NCBI GenBank assembly: GCA_963748215.1
Contig: CAVVHS010000001.1
Coordinates: forward strand, 1-64,000
Source of the DNA: an uncultured Gammaproteobacteria bacterium
GTDB lineage: Bacteria > Pseudomonadota > Gammaproteobacteria > UBA9214
DNA: 64,000 bases
Reading direction: 5' to 3'
In this document: one piece after another, positions 53,632-64,000 of the stretch
Layout: every line of letters begins with the position of its first letter
Numbering within the stretch: the first letter of the stretch is position 1
The notes under the pieces: model-generated
Seen by the model: the letters and a program-made list of their open reading frames with translations, nothing else
The model's database searches: none
What the model was told of the DNA's origin: nothing
Translations under genes and position numbers: made by a program

Positions 53632-54153
53632 ATGCACCCTGTGACGGTAAGAACTGAAGCTGCGGATGATGTCCGCGCCATCGATGTTGTTCACATCAGC
53701 GCCTTTGGTGGCGAGGCGGAGGCACAGCTGGTCAGTGCGCTGCGTGCCTCGAATGCCTATAACCGGGAACTGTCGCTGGTTGCCGAGCTGGGCGGCCGCA
53801 TCGTCGGACACGTGTTGCTGACGCGAGTGCCGTTGCGCAAGGGTGGTAGCGAAAAGCAGGTGCTGGCGCTGGGTCCGATGTCCGTGGTGCCGTCCCAGAG
53901 CCATCGTGGTATCGGCTCGGAACTGATCCAGGCCAGTGTCAAACTGGCACGCGAGAAGGGCTATGGCAGCATTGTCGTCCTCGGGCACCCCGAATACTAC
54001 AAGCGCTTCGGTTTCGTGCCGGCGAAAGAGCGGCAAGTGACCTGTAACCTGCCGGCGCCAGAGGAGGCGTTGACGGTCTACGAGGTGGAGGTCGGCAACC
54101 TGGCCGGGGGCGGGCACGTGGAATACCCGGAGCCGTTCGTCGCGCTGTTCTGA
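53632..54153 (+). CDS. GNAT N-acetyltransferase (YhbS-like)
   Basis: AFGGEAEAQLV..LR, QSHRGIGSEL, VLGHPEYYKRFGF. Confidence 0.9.
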   Translation: MHPVTVRTEAADDVRAIDVVHISAFGGEAEAQLVSALRASNAYNRELSLVAELGGRIVGHVLLTRVPLRKGGSEKQVLALGPMSVVPSQSHRGIGSELIQASVKLAREKGYGSIVVLGHPEYYKRFGFVPAKERQVTCNLPAPEEALTVYEVEVGNLAGGGHVEYPEPFVALF

Positions 54154-54173
54154 TTAATCGACGGCTGGCCGGG

Positions 54174-55826
54174 TCAGCGGCCTGCCGGCGTAAAATGGAA
54201 CTGCCCGAAACAACCGGTATTCTCCAGTTGCCGTGTGAGAATAATATTCTCCCGGCGACCGTTCCGTTCCAGGATGCAGTTGCAGCCCGGGCGAAACGGC
54301 AATGACGGCAGCAACAGGGATGCCTGTTGTCCCAGTGCCTCGATCCCGGGCAGCAGGATGCCCTGCATGCGCTTGTCTGCACGCGGGTCAAGGTGGTAAT
54401 CGTCGTTGCAGGCAAAGGCCCAGATTGCCTCGCCGGCCGGAGCCAGCAGTTGTACGCCCAGCTCCAGACCGCGCTCGCCGGTGAATTTCAACCAGCGGAT
54501 GACTCCCAGCTGCCAGTCACTCTCGGCGGGTTCTTTCTGTTGCACGATGGCTGCCAGCTCGCCGACGCGGGCGTTCGAGGCCGTAATATTGTCCCAGAGC
54601 AGGCTATAGCCACCAGCGCTCGTGTCCGTCATGTGCCAGGATTCGATATGCGAACCCTGGGTAGTGTCTGCATGGAAGGCGCCACGTAGCAGATCGTCCG
54701 CCATGTCTGCCCGGGTCGTGAAGCTTGTCGAGCTGTCGAAGGTGGGGTCGGGCAGGTAATGGTGATCCGTGATCGAGTCATCGTCCTCGTGAACCTGACC
54801 GGTGGGCCCGGCGATGAGAGCGTGTATGGCGTTGATGCCGGTGAGCAGCCTGACCGGGGAGTTGCGGTGGTGCCGCGGGAATTTGCGTTTTGGCATCGCA
54901 CCCCACGCCAGCATGAGCTGCTGCAGGGTTTCGGTATTGCCGATGCCGGTGTGGTTCACGGCCGGACCATTTTCGGCGGACAGCACGTCGCGTAACTGCT
55001 CGGTGGCAGCCGAGGTGTCCAGGATACGTGTGTGCTTGTCCGTCTCCATGTTTATCGCCAGTGCACGGTAGACGGGTGGGGAATCGGATTGCAGGTTAAG
55101 CGTGAACAGTCCGTTGGTGCGGGTATCGATGGCCGGCACCAGGCGACAGAACCGGGCCCAGTCCAGTAACGCGCTGTAGACGTAATTGATTTCTTTCTGG
55201 CGCATGCGGTACGGGCAGGCCAGGGACAGCAGCAGAATCTGCTTGTAAATGGTTGCGATGGTGCTTTCCTCGCTGACCGGCGCGGTCGGGTCGGTGACGG
55301 GGTGCGTGGTAATGCCGTACTCCTCCGCCAGCGCATACAGGACGTGAATGCTTTTCCAGAGACCATCCGGGTACGGGATATAGATCTGGTAATGTATCAG
55401 CAGCAGTTCGCTGAGGTAGCGCAGGGCGCGATGAATTGCGATTGCCAGCTGGTTTTCCTGGTTGAGTTTCCTGCCGAGATCGTCCGCCAGGATGCGGTAG
55501 CCGGTCGCCATTCGATTAATGATATCGAGCGCCTGCGTGGCCGCGGAACTGTCTGCTTCCTGCAGCGGCATCGGCTTGCCGAGAAAGTTTTTCTTGAGTG
55601 CATCGGTAACGCACATGACCGAGGTCGACATCAGTTCGAGCGCCATATGGCGATTGTCTGCCGGAATGTCGAGGGTGTTGATTTGATCCAGGGCATCGTT
55701 CAGCAGCTGCCGCGTACGCCCGGTATTGAGCAGTGGCAGATCGTCAACCCAGATCCTGATCGCTTCCGGGTTGGTATTGAAACTGTTACGTGCGGGTTGC
55801 TTGCGTTCCGGGAGCTGGAGTTCCAT
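54174..55826 (-). CDS. FimW-like c-di-GMP-binding protein
   Basis: WVDDLPLLN..T, YKQILLLSLACPY, C-terminal PilZ-like DTSAGGY...LGVIRW...GVQLLAP; close to fimX. Confidence 0.7.
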   Translation of the reverse strand: MELQLPERKQPARNSFNTNPEAIRIWVDDLPLLNTGRTRQLLNDALDQINTLDIPADNRHMALELMSTSVMCVTDALKKNFLGKPMPLQEADSSAATQALDIINRMATGYRILADDLGRKLNQENQLAIAIHRALRYLSELLLIHYQIYIPYPDGLWKSIHVLYALAEEYGITTHPVTDPTAPVSEESTIATIYKQILLLSLACPYRMRQKEINYVYSALLDWARFCRLVPAIDTRTNGLFTLNLQSDSPPVYRALAINMETDKHTRILDTSAATEQLRDVLSAENGPAVNHTGIGNTETLQQLMLAWGAMPKRKFPRHHRNSPVRLLTGINAIHALIAGPTGQVHEDDDSITDHHYLPDPTFDSSTSFTTRADMADDLLRGAFHADTTQGSHIESWHMTDTSAGGYSLLWDNITASNARVGELAAIVQQKEPAESDWQLGVIRWLKFTGERGLELGVQLLAPAGEAIWAFACNDDYHLDPRADKRMQGILLPGIEALGQQASLLLPSLPFRPGCNCILERNGRRENIILTRQLENTGCFGQFHFTPAGR

Positions 55827-55876
55827 GACCGGTCTGTCCTGCCTGTTGTTATTGCCTGCGAAAAACCGTCTGCGCA

Positions 55877-56044
55877 CTAGGAGCCTGTCGGACTTAGGGG
55901 TTCGTAGCGAGGCGAGTGGGAAAGGGAGAGCAAATGATCACGATTTTGAGGCGCATAGTGGTCCTACGTAACGAGAAATCGGGGACATTTGGGCCGCTTT
56001 CCCGCAGCCGCAGTAGAATCATCCTAAGTCCGAGAGACTCCTAG
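55877..56044. mobile_element. MITE with CTAG ends (IS5-like target site)
   Basis: CTAGGAGCCTGTCGGACTTAGG ... CCTAAGTCCGAGAGACTCCTAG, 20/22 inverted match; 168 bp; no transposase. Confidence 0.85.
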
Positions 56045-56067
56045 TATATGTAATCATGCAGTGGCTG

Positions 56068-57078
<1,011 letters not shown>

Positions 57079-57117
57079 AGCCCGCGTTTTCGACTCATTC
57101 AGGATTGAACAGTATAC

Positions 57118-57687
57118 ATGGCATCCTATAGCACCAACGAATTCAGAAGTGGCCTGAAGATCATGCTCGATGGTGATCCCTGTGCCATCATTGAAAACGA
57201 ATTTGTCAAGCCAGGCAAGGGACAGGCGTTCAATCGCGTCAAGATCCGTAACCTGAAGTCCGGCCGTGTTATCGAGCGCACCTTCAAGTCCGGCGAGACG
57301 GTCGAGGCGGCTGATGTCATGGATGTTGACCTGCAGTATCTTTATAACGACGGCGAGTTCTGGCACTTCATGGACCCGCACAGCTTCGAGCAGCAGGCGG
57401 CCGATGCCACTGCGGTGGACAATGCCAAGCTGTGGCTGAAGGAGCAGGACATGTGCCTGGTGACGTTGTGGAATGGCTCGCCGCTGGCCGTGACGCCACC
57501 GAATTTCGTTTACCTGGCCGTGACGGACACCGATCCGGGCGTGCGCGGCGATACCTCAGGCGGCGGTGGCAAGCCGGCCACGCTGGAAACCGGTGCGGTG
57601 GTGCGCGTGCCTCTGTTCATCGAGGTGGGTGAGACGCTGAAGATCGACACCCGCACCGGTGAATATGTCGCCCGCGCCAAGGAATAG
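57118..57687 (+). CDS. efp: Elongation factor P
   Basis: [29 protein letters not shown]. Confidence 0.98.
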   Translation: MASYSTNEFRSGLKIMLDGDPCAIIENEFVKPGKGQAFNRVKIRNLKSGRVIERTFKSGETVEAADVMDVDLQYLYNDGEFWHFMDPHSFEQQAADATAVDNAKLWLKEQDMCLVTLWNGSPLAVTPPNFVYLAVTDTDPGVRGDTSGGGGKPATLETGAVVRVPLFIEVGETLKIDTRTGEYVARAKE

Positions 57688-57714
57688 TTCCGGGCCGGCA
57701 CCCTGACCACGACC

Positions 57715-58704
57715 GTGCAAACGCAACCGGACTGGCGACCGACGGCATCGCTTGATGCCCTGAAACTCAGGGCCACGCTGCTGTCCCGCGTGCGTGCCTG
57801 GTTCGAGCGCGAAGGCGTACTGGAAGTCGATACTCCCGCGTTGTCCTGTGCCGCCACCACGTCACCGCACCTGGCCAGCTTTGCCTGCCGCTATTACGGG
57901 CCCGGCGTGCGCCAGGGTACAAGGCTGTACCTGCATACCTCGCCGGAATTTCCCATGAAGCGCCTGCTGGCCGCCGGCAGCGAATCGATCTATCAGATCT
58001 GCAAGGTTTTCCGCGACGGCGAATACGGGCCGCATCACAACCCCGAATTCACACTCCTGGAATGGTACCGGACCCGCTACGACCACCTCGACCTGATGAA
58101 CGAGGTCGAGGGGCTGCTAACCGAGATCCTCGATGGCATATTCCGCATCAAGGCCGTCTATCACTGGCGTTACCGCGATCTTTTCCTGGAATTTGTCCAG
58201 GTCGATCCGTTCAATACCACGCCGGAGGCCTTGCAGGCCGTGCTCGAATCCCGGCATATCGTGGCACCGGTCGGTATGCAGGAGGCAGACCTGGACAGCT
58301 GGCTGGACCTGGTCATGACCCATCTTATCGAACCGCGTCTCGGCGCCGGGCTGGTATTCGTCCGTGACTACCCGGTGACCCAGGCCGCGCTCGCGCAGCT
58401 GCGCCCGGGCAATCCGCCGGTGGCATCGCGTTTCGAGGTTTACCTGAACGGCATCGAACTGGCCAACGGTTTCCACGAACTGACGAATGTCCATGAGCAG
58501 CGCATGCGTTTCGATTACGAAAACAGGATGCGCGAGCACTATGGCTTGCCAGCCATGCCGGTGGACGAGCGTCTGCAGGCCGCGCTGGCGGCCGGACTGC
58601 CTGACTGCGCCGGAGTCGCACTGGGTTTCGACCGGCTGCTGATGATCGTGTCGGGCGCCGAGTGTCTGGCGGACGTCATGAGCTTTGATTTCGAATCCAC
58701 ATGA
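57715..58704 (+). CDS. epmA: EF-P lysine aminoacylase
   Basis: YLHTSPEFPMKRLLA, HNPEFTLLEWY, ELANGFHEL, GVALGFDRL. Confidence 0.96.
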   Translation: MQTQPDWRPTASLDALKLRATLLSRVRAWFEREGVLEVDTPALSCAATTSPHLASFACRYYGPGVRQGTRLYLHTSPEFPMKRLLAAGSESIYQICKVFRDGEYGPHHNPEFTLLEWYRTRYDHLDLMNEVEGLLTEILDGIFRIKAVYHWRYRDLFLEFVQVDPFNTTPEALQAVLESRHIVAPVGMQEADLDSWLDLVMTHLIEPRLGAGLVFVRDYPVTQAALAQLRPGNPPVASRFEVYLNGIELANGFHELTNVHEQRMRFDYENRMREHYGLPAMPVDERLQAALAAGLPDCAGVALGFDRLLMIVSGAECLADVMSFDFEST

Positions 58705-58755
58705 TCGGGCCGCGCAGGGCTTGTATCCTGTCACCATTTTTCTGAGACTTGTTGC

Positions 58756-59871
58756 ATGCCTGAACCGGATGTCAGTGCAGCCGCCGTCAGTATCACTGAA
58801 GACGCGCTGATCTGCAGCGGCCGCTGGACCGTCGGCAGCATCGCCGCGCTGCGTTTGAGCATGGACGGCATGGCAGTGCCGGCCGGTGAAACGGTGTCCG
58901 TCGATGGTGCCGCGGTCACCGCGCTCGATTCCGCCGGGGCCTGGATGCTGCTGCAGCTCGGCAAGCGTATCGAGGCCGCGGGCGGGCAGATGACGCTGCA
59001 GTCGTTTCGCCCTTCCTGGTTGCGGCTGGTGGAGTTCATCGCGGCTGAGGCGCAGGATGCCGAGCGCGTCCTTGCACCGCGCCGGAAAACGCCCCTGACC
59101 GAGCGGGTCGCGGGTATCGGAGGTGACCTGACCGGGTTCCTGGCCTTCATCGGCGAATCCGTCCTCTCGCTGCTGGGCGCTGTGCGCCACCCGGGGCGTG
59201 TGCGCTGGCAGGAGCTGCTCGACGACATGTGGCAGACCGGCGTCAATGCCCTGCCGATCGTCGGCCTGCTGTCGTTCCTGATGGGGGTGGTGATTGCCTA
59301 CCAGGGTGCGGTGCAGCTGAAGCTGTACGGTGCGAATATCTACATCGCCGACCTGGTTGGCTACTCGATGTTGCGCGAGCTCGCACCGCTGTTGACCGCG
59401 ATTCTCATCTGCGGGCGTACCGGGTCGGCCTATGCCGCGAAGATCGGCACCATGCAGGTGCGCGAGGAGGTTGCAGCACTGCAGACCATCGGTATCCCGC
59501 CAGTCGACCTGCTGGTGCTGCCCAAACTGCTGTCGCTGTTCGTCGTGTTGCCCCTGCTTACCATCTATGCCGATGTGCTGGCCGTGTTCGGTGGTATGTT
59601 CATGGCCAATGCCCAGCTCGGTATCGGTTACCACGCTTTTATTGCACGTCTCGAGGAAGCCATCACCTACTCGACCTTCATGATCGGCGTCGGCAAGGCG
59701 CCGGTGTTTGCCGCAATCATTGCCATCGTCGGCTGCTATCAGGGCTTCAAGGTGGAAGGCAGTGCGGAGAGTGTTGGCCGTCATACCACCATCAGCGTGG
59801 TGCAGTCGATCTTTCTGGTGATTATCGTGGATGCCATGTTCTCCGTGCTGTTCAGCATGATGGGTGTGTGA
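58756..59871 (+). CDS. MlaE-family ABC permease with N-terminal STAS-like domain
   Basis: LDSAGA STAS motif; RELAPLLTAIL..GRTGSA; SVGRHTT.SVV. Confidence 0.92.
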   Translation: MPEPDVSAAAVSITEDALICSGRWTVGSIAALRLSMDGMAVPAGETVSVDGAAVTALDSAGAWMLLQLGKRIEAAGGQMTLQSFRPSWLRLVEFIAAEAQDAERVLAPRRKTPLTERVAGIGGDLTGFLAFIGESVLSLLGAVRHPGRVRWQELLDDMWQTGVNALPIVGLLSFLMGVVIAYQGAVQLKLYGANIYIADLVGYSMLRELAPLLTAILICGRTGSAYAAKIGTMQVREEVAALQTIGIPPVDLLVLPKLLSLFVVLPLLTIYADVLAVFGGMFMANAQLGIGYHAFIARLEEAITYSTFMIGVGKAPVFAAIIAIVGCYQGFKVEGSAESVGRHTTISVVQSIFLVIIVDAMFSVLFSMMGV

Positions 59872-59876
59872 GCGTC

Positions 59877-60698
59877 ATGCCGGGAAACCAGAACGCAGCC
59901 ACTGACATGCCTGCGACCGGCGAGCGTGATGTGGTCATCAGCATGCGCGGTGTGCGCACGGTGTTCGGTAGCCGTGTAATACATGACGGGGTCGATCTCG
60001 ATGTGTATCGCGGCGAGGTGCTGGCACTGGTGGGCGGCAGCGGCAGCGGCAAGAGCACGCTGATGCGCGAGATGCTCATGCTGCACGTGCCCGATGCCGG
60101 TTCCGTCAAGCTGTTTGGCACGGAACTGGTCGGTATCGGTGATAACGACGCCAATGCCCTGCGGCGCCGGCTGGGGGTGCTGTTTCAGCAGGGCGCGCTG
60201 TTCAGCGGACTGACGGTATTGCAGAATGTCGGACTGCCACTGCGCGAACACACGGCGCTGGATGACCGCATCATCGATTCACTGGCGCGGGTCAAGATCG
60301 CCCAGGCTGGCCTCAAGCCGGAGGCTGCCACGCTGTTTCCGAGCGAGCTTAGCGGTGGCATGATCAAGCGCGCCGCGCTGGCCAGGGCAATGGCGCTGGA
60401 TCCGGAGATCCTGTTCCTGGACGAGCCCACCTCCGGTCTGGATCCGACCAGTGCCGGACTGTTCGACCAGCTGGTGCTGAAACTGAAGGACATGCTCGGC
60501 CTGACCGTGCTGATGGTGACGCACGATCTCGATTCGCTGTGGGATGTCTCCGACCGGGTGGCGGTGCTGGGTGATGGTAAACTGCAGGGTGTCGATTCCA
60601 TGCAGGCACTGTCCACGTCGACACAGCCGCATATCCGGGAGTATTTCGAGGGGCCTCGGGCCCGCAGTGCAAGGGAGCGCAAATGGGAAAACAGCTGA
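59877..60698 (+). CDS. MlaF-family ABC ATP-binding protein
   Basis: GGSGSGKST, FQQGALF, LSGGMIKR, LDEPTSGLDP. Confidence 0.93.
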   Translation: MPGNQNAATDMPATGERDVVISMRGVRTVFGSRVIHDGVDLDVYRGEVLALVGGSGSGKSTLMREMLMLHVPDAGSVKLFGTELVGIGDNDANALRRRLGVLFQQGALFSGLTVLQNVGLPLREHTALDDRIIDSLARVKIAQAGLKPEAATLFPSELSGGMIKRAALARAMALDPEILFLDEPTSGLDPTSAGLFDQLVLKLKDMLGLTVLMVTHDLDSLWDVSDRVAVLGDGKLQGVDSMQALSTSTQPHIREYFEGPRARSARERKWENS

Positions 60699-61606
60699 AC
60701 AACGCACTGGTCGGCGTCTTCGTCATCGTGCTGGGCCTGGCGTGGATGGGTATAACCCTGTGGCTGGCGCTGGGCGATTACACCACCCAGTACACCACCT
60801 ACCGGGTCTACCTGGATGAATCGGTGTCCGGGCTGTATCGCGATGCGCCGGTCAAGTACCGTGGTGTGGATGTCGGCAAGGTGACCGGCATCGAACTGAA
60901 TCCCGCAGTACCCGACCAGGTGGAACTGACGCTGGACGTGGTGTCGACCACACCGATCCGCGAGGATACCCAGGCCGAACTGGCTGTGCAGGGTCTCACC
61001 GGCGTTGCCTTCGTCGACCTGAAGGGCGGCAGTATCGATGCGCCGATGCTCACTGCGCAGCAAGGCCAGGAATATCCGGTCATTCGTTCGGCGCCGTCCT
61101 TTTTCGAGCGGCTGGACATGAGCGGTACCGAGCTGATGGGCAACCTGAACGTACTGATCAGCAACCTGGCGCGCCTGCTGGACACCGAGGGCAGGCAATC
61201 GCTCAGGCAGATCATCGCCAATATCAAAACGGTCACCACCACGCTTGCGGCTCGCAATACCGAACTGGGCCAGGCGGTCGTCGACGGTGCCAGGCTGATG
61301 AAAAGCAGTGCGGCGGCGGCGGAGCGCGTCGAGCCCTTGCTGACCCAGCTGCAGGAAACGGCGAAGTCTTTCCAGAGCATGGGGGACAAGGTGGCGGCTG
61401 CGGGAGATAGTCTCAACCGCTACGTGGATAGCAGCGGCAGCGGTGTGCAGCAGTTCAGCCGGCAGACTCTGCCGGAATTGGGAGCACTGATCAGTGAACT
61501 GCGTGACCTGGCGGACTCCCTGAAAGGGGTCAGCGAAAAACTCGAGGAAGACCCACGCGCACTTCTCTATGGCAGAGAACTTGAGGTGCCGGGACCGGGA
61601 GAATAA
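60683..61606 (+). CDS. MCE/MlaD-domain protein
   Basis: N-terminal TM, SVSGL..APVKYRGVDVGKV, QGLTG, helical tail. Confidence 0.92.
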   Translation: MGKQLNNALVGVFVIVLGLAWMGITLWLALGDYTTQYTTYRVYLDESVSGLYRDAPVKYRGVDVGKVTGIELNPAVPDQVELTLDVVSTTPIREDTQAELAVQGLTGVAFVDLKGGSIDAPMLTAQQGQEYPVIRSAPSFFERLDMSGTELMGNLNVLISNLARLLDTEGRQSLRQIIANIKTVTTTLAARNTELGQAVVDGARLMKSSAAAAERVEPLLTQLQETAKSFQSMGDKVAAAGDSLNRYVDSSGSGVQQFSRQTLPELGALISELRDLADSLKGVSEKLEEDPRALLYGRELEVPGPGE

Positions 61607-61608
61607 CC

Positions 61609-62220
61609 ATGGCTGTAATACTTGGAAGACTGCTTCGTATTGTCTTGATCCCGTTGCTGCTGGCGGCGTGTTCCATTCTGCCCGAACCGAAGCCGACGGC
61701 ACTGGATAAATACCTGCTCGAGTACATGCCGGCCACGGTGCGGGAAACCCGTGCCGATGCGCCGGTGCTGATCGTCGCCACCCCGCAGGCGAATGGCGCC
61801 TACGATACGGCGCGCATTGCCTATATGCAGCAGCAGTACGGGCTGCGTTATTACACGCGCAGCAGCTGGGCGGATACGCCGGCACGCATGCTGGCGCCCC
61901 TGGTTGCGGAGGCACTGAATGCCAGCGGGCAGTTTCAGGCCCTGTATACCAGTCCGGGACTGCTGACGGCCGACCTGCGCCTGGATACCGAACTGCTGCG
62001 CTTCCACCAGGACTTCACGCGCCAGCCGAGCGAAATTCACATTACCCTGCGTGCGCAGCTGGTCGATCTTCAGCAACAGCGGGTGGTCGCGACCAGGCTG
62101 TTCGATATCCGCGAGCCTGCGACATCCGAGGATACCTACGGCGGCGTGCTGGCCGCCAACCGCGCGGTTACACGCCTGCTGGAAGAACTGACTGCATTCT
62201 GCATCGGCCTGTCCCGCTGA
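61609..62220 (+). CDS. ABC-type transport auxiliary lipoprotein (PqiC-like)
   Basis: Lipobox LAAC; IAY...Y....WADTP. Confidence 0.88.
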   Translation: MAVILGRLLRIVLIPLLLAACSILPEPKPTALDKYLLEYMPATVRETRADAPVLIVATPQANGAYDTARIAYMQQQYGLRYYTRSSWADTPARMLAPLVAEALNASGQFQALYTSPGLLTADLRLDTELLRFHQDFTRQPSEIHITLRAQLVDLQQQRVVATRLFDIREPATSEDTYGGVLAANRAVTRLLEELTAFCIGLSR

Positions 62221-62228
62221 CCCGTGCC

Positions 62229-62958
62229 GTGATGCTGTCCGGCATTCACGTGGTGTTGAGCAATACCAGCCACCCCGGCAATATCGGGGCCACGGCGCGG
62301 GCCATGAAAACGATGGGTCTGGCCAGCCTGCGCCTGGTCAACCCCAAGCTGTTTCCGCATGCCGATGCCACCGCGCGTGCCTCCGGCGCGGACGATGTGC
62401 TGGCCGCGGCCCGGGTGTGCGCAACGCTGGAAGAGGCGACGCAGGATTGCCGGCTGGTGATCGGAGCCAGTGCCCGTACCCGCAGCATCCCTTGCCCGGT
62501 CATCAGTCCGGACGAATGCGCGCGCCGCGCCTGTGCGGAGAGCAGGCAGGGCGGGGTGGCCATCGTGTTCGGCTGCGAGCAGTCCGGACTGAGCAATGCC
62601 GAGATCGACCGCTGCCAGTTCCTGGTACGCATACCAACCAATCCCGACTATGGTTCGCTGAACCTGGCTGCGGCCGTGCAGATCATCGGCTACGAAATCC
62701 TGGTGGCGCATGAAAACACGCAGGATGCCACTGGCGCCGCCCGGGCATGTGCCGGTGAGCGCCGGTGAAATGGAGCGTTTCTATGTCCACCTGGAACAGG
62801 CGCTGATCGAGCTGGAATTTCTCGACCCGGCCAATCCGCGCCAGCTGATGCGGCGCCTGCGGCGGCTCTACAACCGTGCCCGGCCGGATGAAAACGAGAT
62901 CAACATCCTGCGCGGTATCCTGGCGGCGGCGCAACAGGCCGGCAAACCACGCGGTTAG
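62229..62958 (+). CDS. trmJ: tRNA (C32/U32) 2'-O-methyltransferase, apparent +1 frameshift near 62715-62750
   Basis: [38 protein letters not shown]; the C-terminal [20 protein letters not shown] lies in the next frame. Confidence 0.92.
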
Positions 62959-63065
62959 CGTGTATATTGCCGTCCACAGATGTGGCACAGTGTCATACAC
63001 CGTTCATATGTTTTACGGGTTGCCGTGTGGTGCAGCCCGCTGGCTATCTGAATCAACAAAAGACC

Positions 63066-63878
63066 ATGTTTGACAGAATCCGTGAAGATGTCCGCTGTGT
63101 GTTCGACCGTGATCCGGCGGCACGCAACACCTTCGAAATACTCACCACCTATCCGGGTATTCACGCGGTCCTGATGCACCGCTGGAGCCACTGGCTGTGG
63201 ACGCACGGACTGAAATGGCTGGCGCGTGTATTTTCCAATATCGCGCGCTGGTATACAGGTATCGAGATCCATCCCGGTGCCAGCATCGGCCGGCGTTTCT
63301 TCATCGATCACGGTATGGGCGTGGTGATCGGCGAAACCACCGAGATCGGCGATGATTGCACGCTATACCACGGTGTTACGCTGGGCGGAACCAGCTGGGA
63401 CAAGGGCAAGCGCCATCCAACGCTGCGCAACAACGTCGTGATCGGTGCCGGCGCCAAGGTGCTGGGTCCGATTATCATCGAGGACGGCGTGCGCATCGGT
63501 TCCAATGCCGTGGTGCTGAAGGGTGTAGCAAAGGGCATGACGGTCGTCGGTGTGCCTGGCCGCACGGTCAAGCCGCATGCCGAAGTGGATGAAAAACGCC
63601 AGGCCATTGCCAGGAAGATGGGCTTCGATGCCTATGGTGCTACCAGTGACATGCCTGACCCGGTGGCGACCGCGGTGAACGGCATACTCGATCACATCCA
63701 TGCCATGGACCAGCGGCTGGAGGATATGTGCAAGGGGCTGAAAGACCTGGGTGCCGAGATCGGTGACATCAAGCTGCCGGACCTCGGCCCGTGTGCGCTC
63801 AAGCAAGTTGATGAAGAGGAAATCGACACGGCGTTTGACCTGCACGAGCAGCATGACAAGCCGCCAGACGGTTCTTGA
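63066..63878 (+). CDS. cysE: Serine O-acetyltransferase
   Basis: [36 protein letters not shown]. Confidence 0.96.
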   Translation: MFDRIREDVRCVFDRDPAARNTFEILTTYPGIHAVLMHRWSHWLWTHGLKWLARVFSNIARWYTGIEIHPGASIGRRFFIDHGMGVVIGETTEIGDDCTLYHGVTLGGTSWDKGKRHPTLRNNVVIGAGAKVLGPIIIEDGVRIGSNAVVLKGVAKGMTVVGVPGRTVKPHAEVDEKRQAIARKMGFDAYGATSDMPDPVATAVNGILDHIHAMDQRLEDMCKGLKDLGAEIGDIKLPDLGPCALKQVDEEEIDTAFDLHEQHDKPPDGS

Positions 63879-63936
63879 CGTGGCGCAGGTCTTGTGACAC
63901 TTTCGATCGTGATGGCGCCAGTCGGACAACCGCATC

Positions 63937-64000
63937 ATGAAACTGACCAGTAAGGGCCGCTACGCGGTAACCGCGATTCTCGATCTCGCTTTCCACGAAC
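63937..64000 (+). CDS. iscR: Rrf2-family regulator IscR (3'-partial)
   Basis: MKLTSKGRYAVTAILDLAFHE, following trmJ-cysE. Confidence 0.85.
   Translation, partial: MKLTSKGRYAVTAILDLAFHE

Noticed and set aside
63879-63936. IscR autoregulatory box before iscR
   Set aside because: No convincing type-1 palindrome in the short spacer.

Overview
GC-rich chromosomal window from a gammaproteobacterium (gene content and order resemble Chromatiales/Thiohalobacterales-type organisms; this assignment is inference). Most of it is core genome: ettA, glyA-nrdR-ribD-ribE-ribBX-ribH-nusB-thiL-pgpA, folE2, ispA-xseB, rubrerythrin/Fe-S oxidoreductase/DUF3501, parE-parC, tonB-exbB-exbD-TonB receptor, an adenylate cyclase, fimX/fimW-like genes, epmB-efp-epmA, an MCE (Mla-like) ABC transporter, trmJ-cysE and the start of iscR. 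Two lower-GC accessory patches (about 1-6.3 kb and 26.1-31.4 kb) hold secreted lipase/phospholipase-like genes, VPLPA/PEP-CTERM genes and remnants, and RAYT and IS30 transposase fragments. I saw no rRNA, tRNA or CRISPR array. The best leads: (1) RegA/PrrA-type boxes with identical promoter spacing upstream of tonB and of an OprC-like receptor that lacks the copper-binding Cys; (2) IscR/Rrf2-type operators over the folE2 promoter and inside the accessory patch; (3) DUF1015 in the position where serB is recalled to sit, beside an Smp-domain adenylate cyclase and fimX/fimW; (4) an orphan ~1600-aa activase-dehydratase fusion with one degenerate ATPase half and a hairpin-rich leader; (5) 10-bp-periodic CACGGAA palindromes, a CTAG-flanked MITE and short recurring motifs between accessory genes. 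Four genes (PEP-CTERM gene, parE, tonB, trmJ) are each split by a +1 frameshift, most likely an assembly artefact. All family assignments come from motif recognition by eye, not from database searches.
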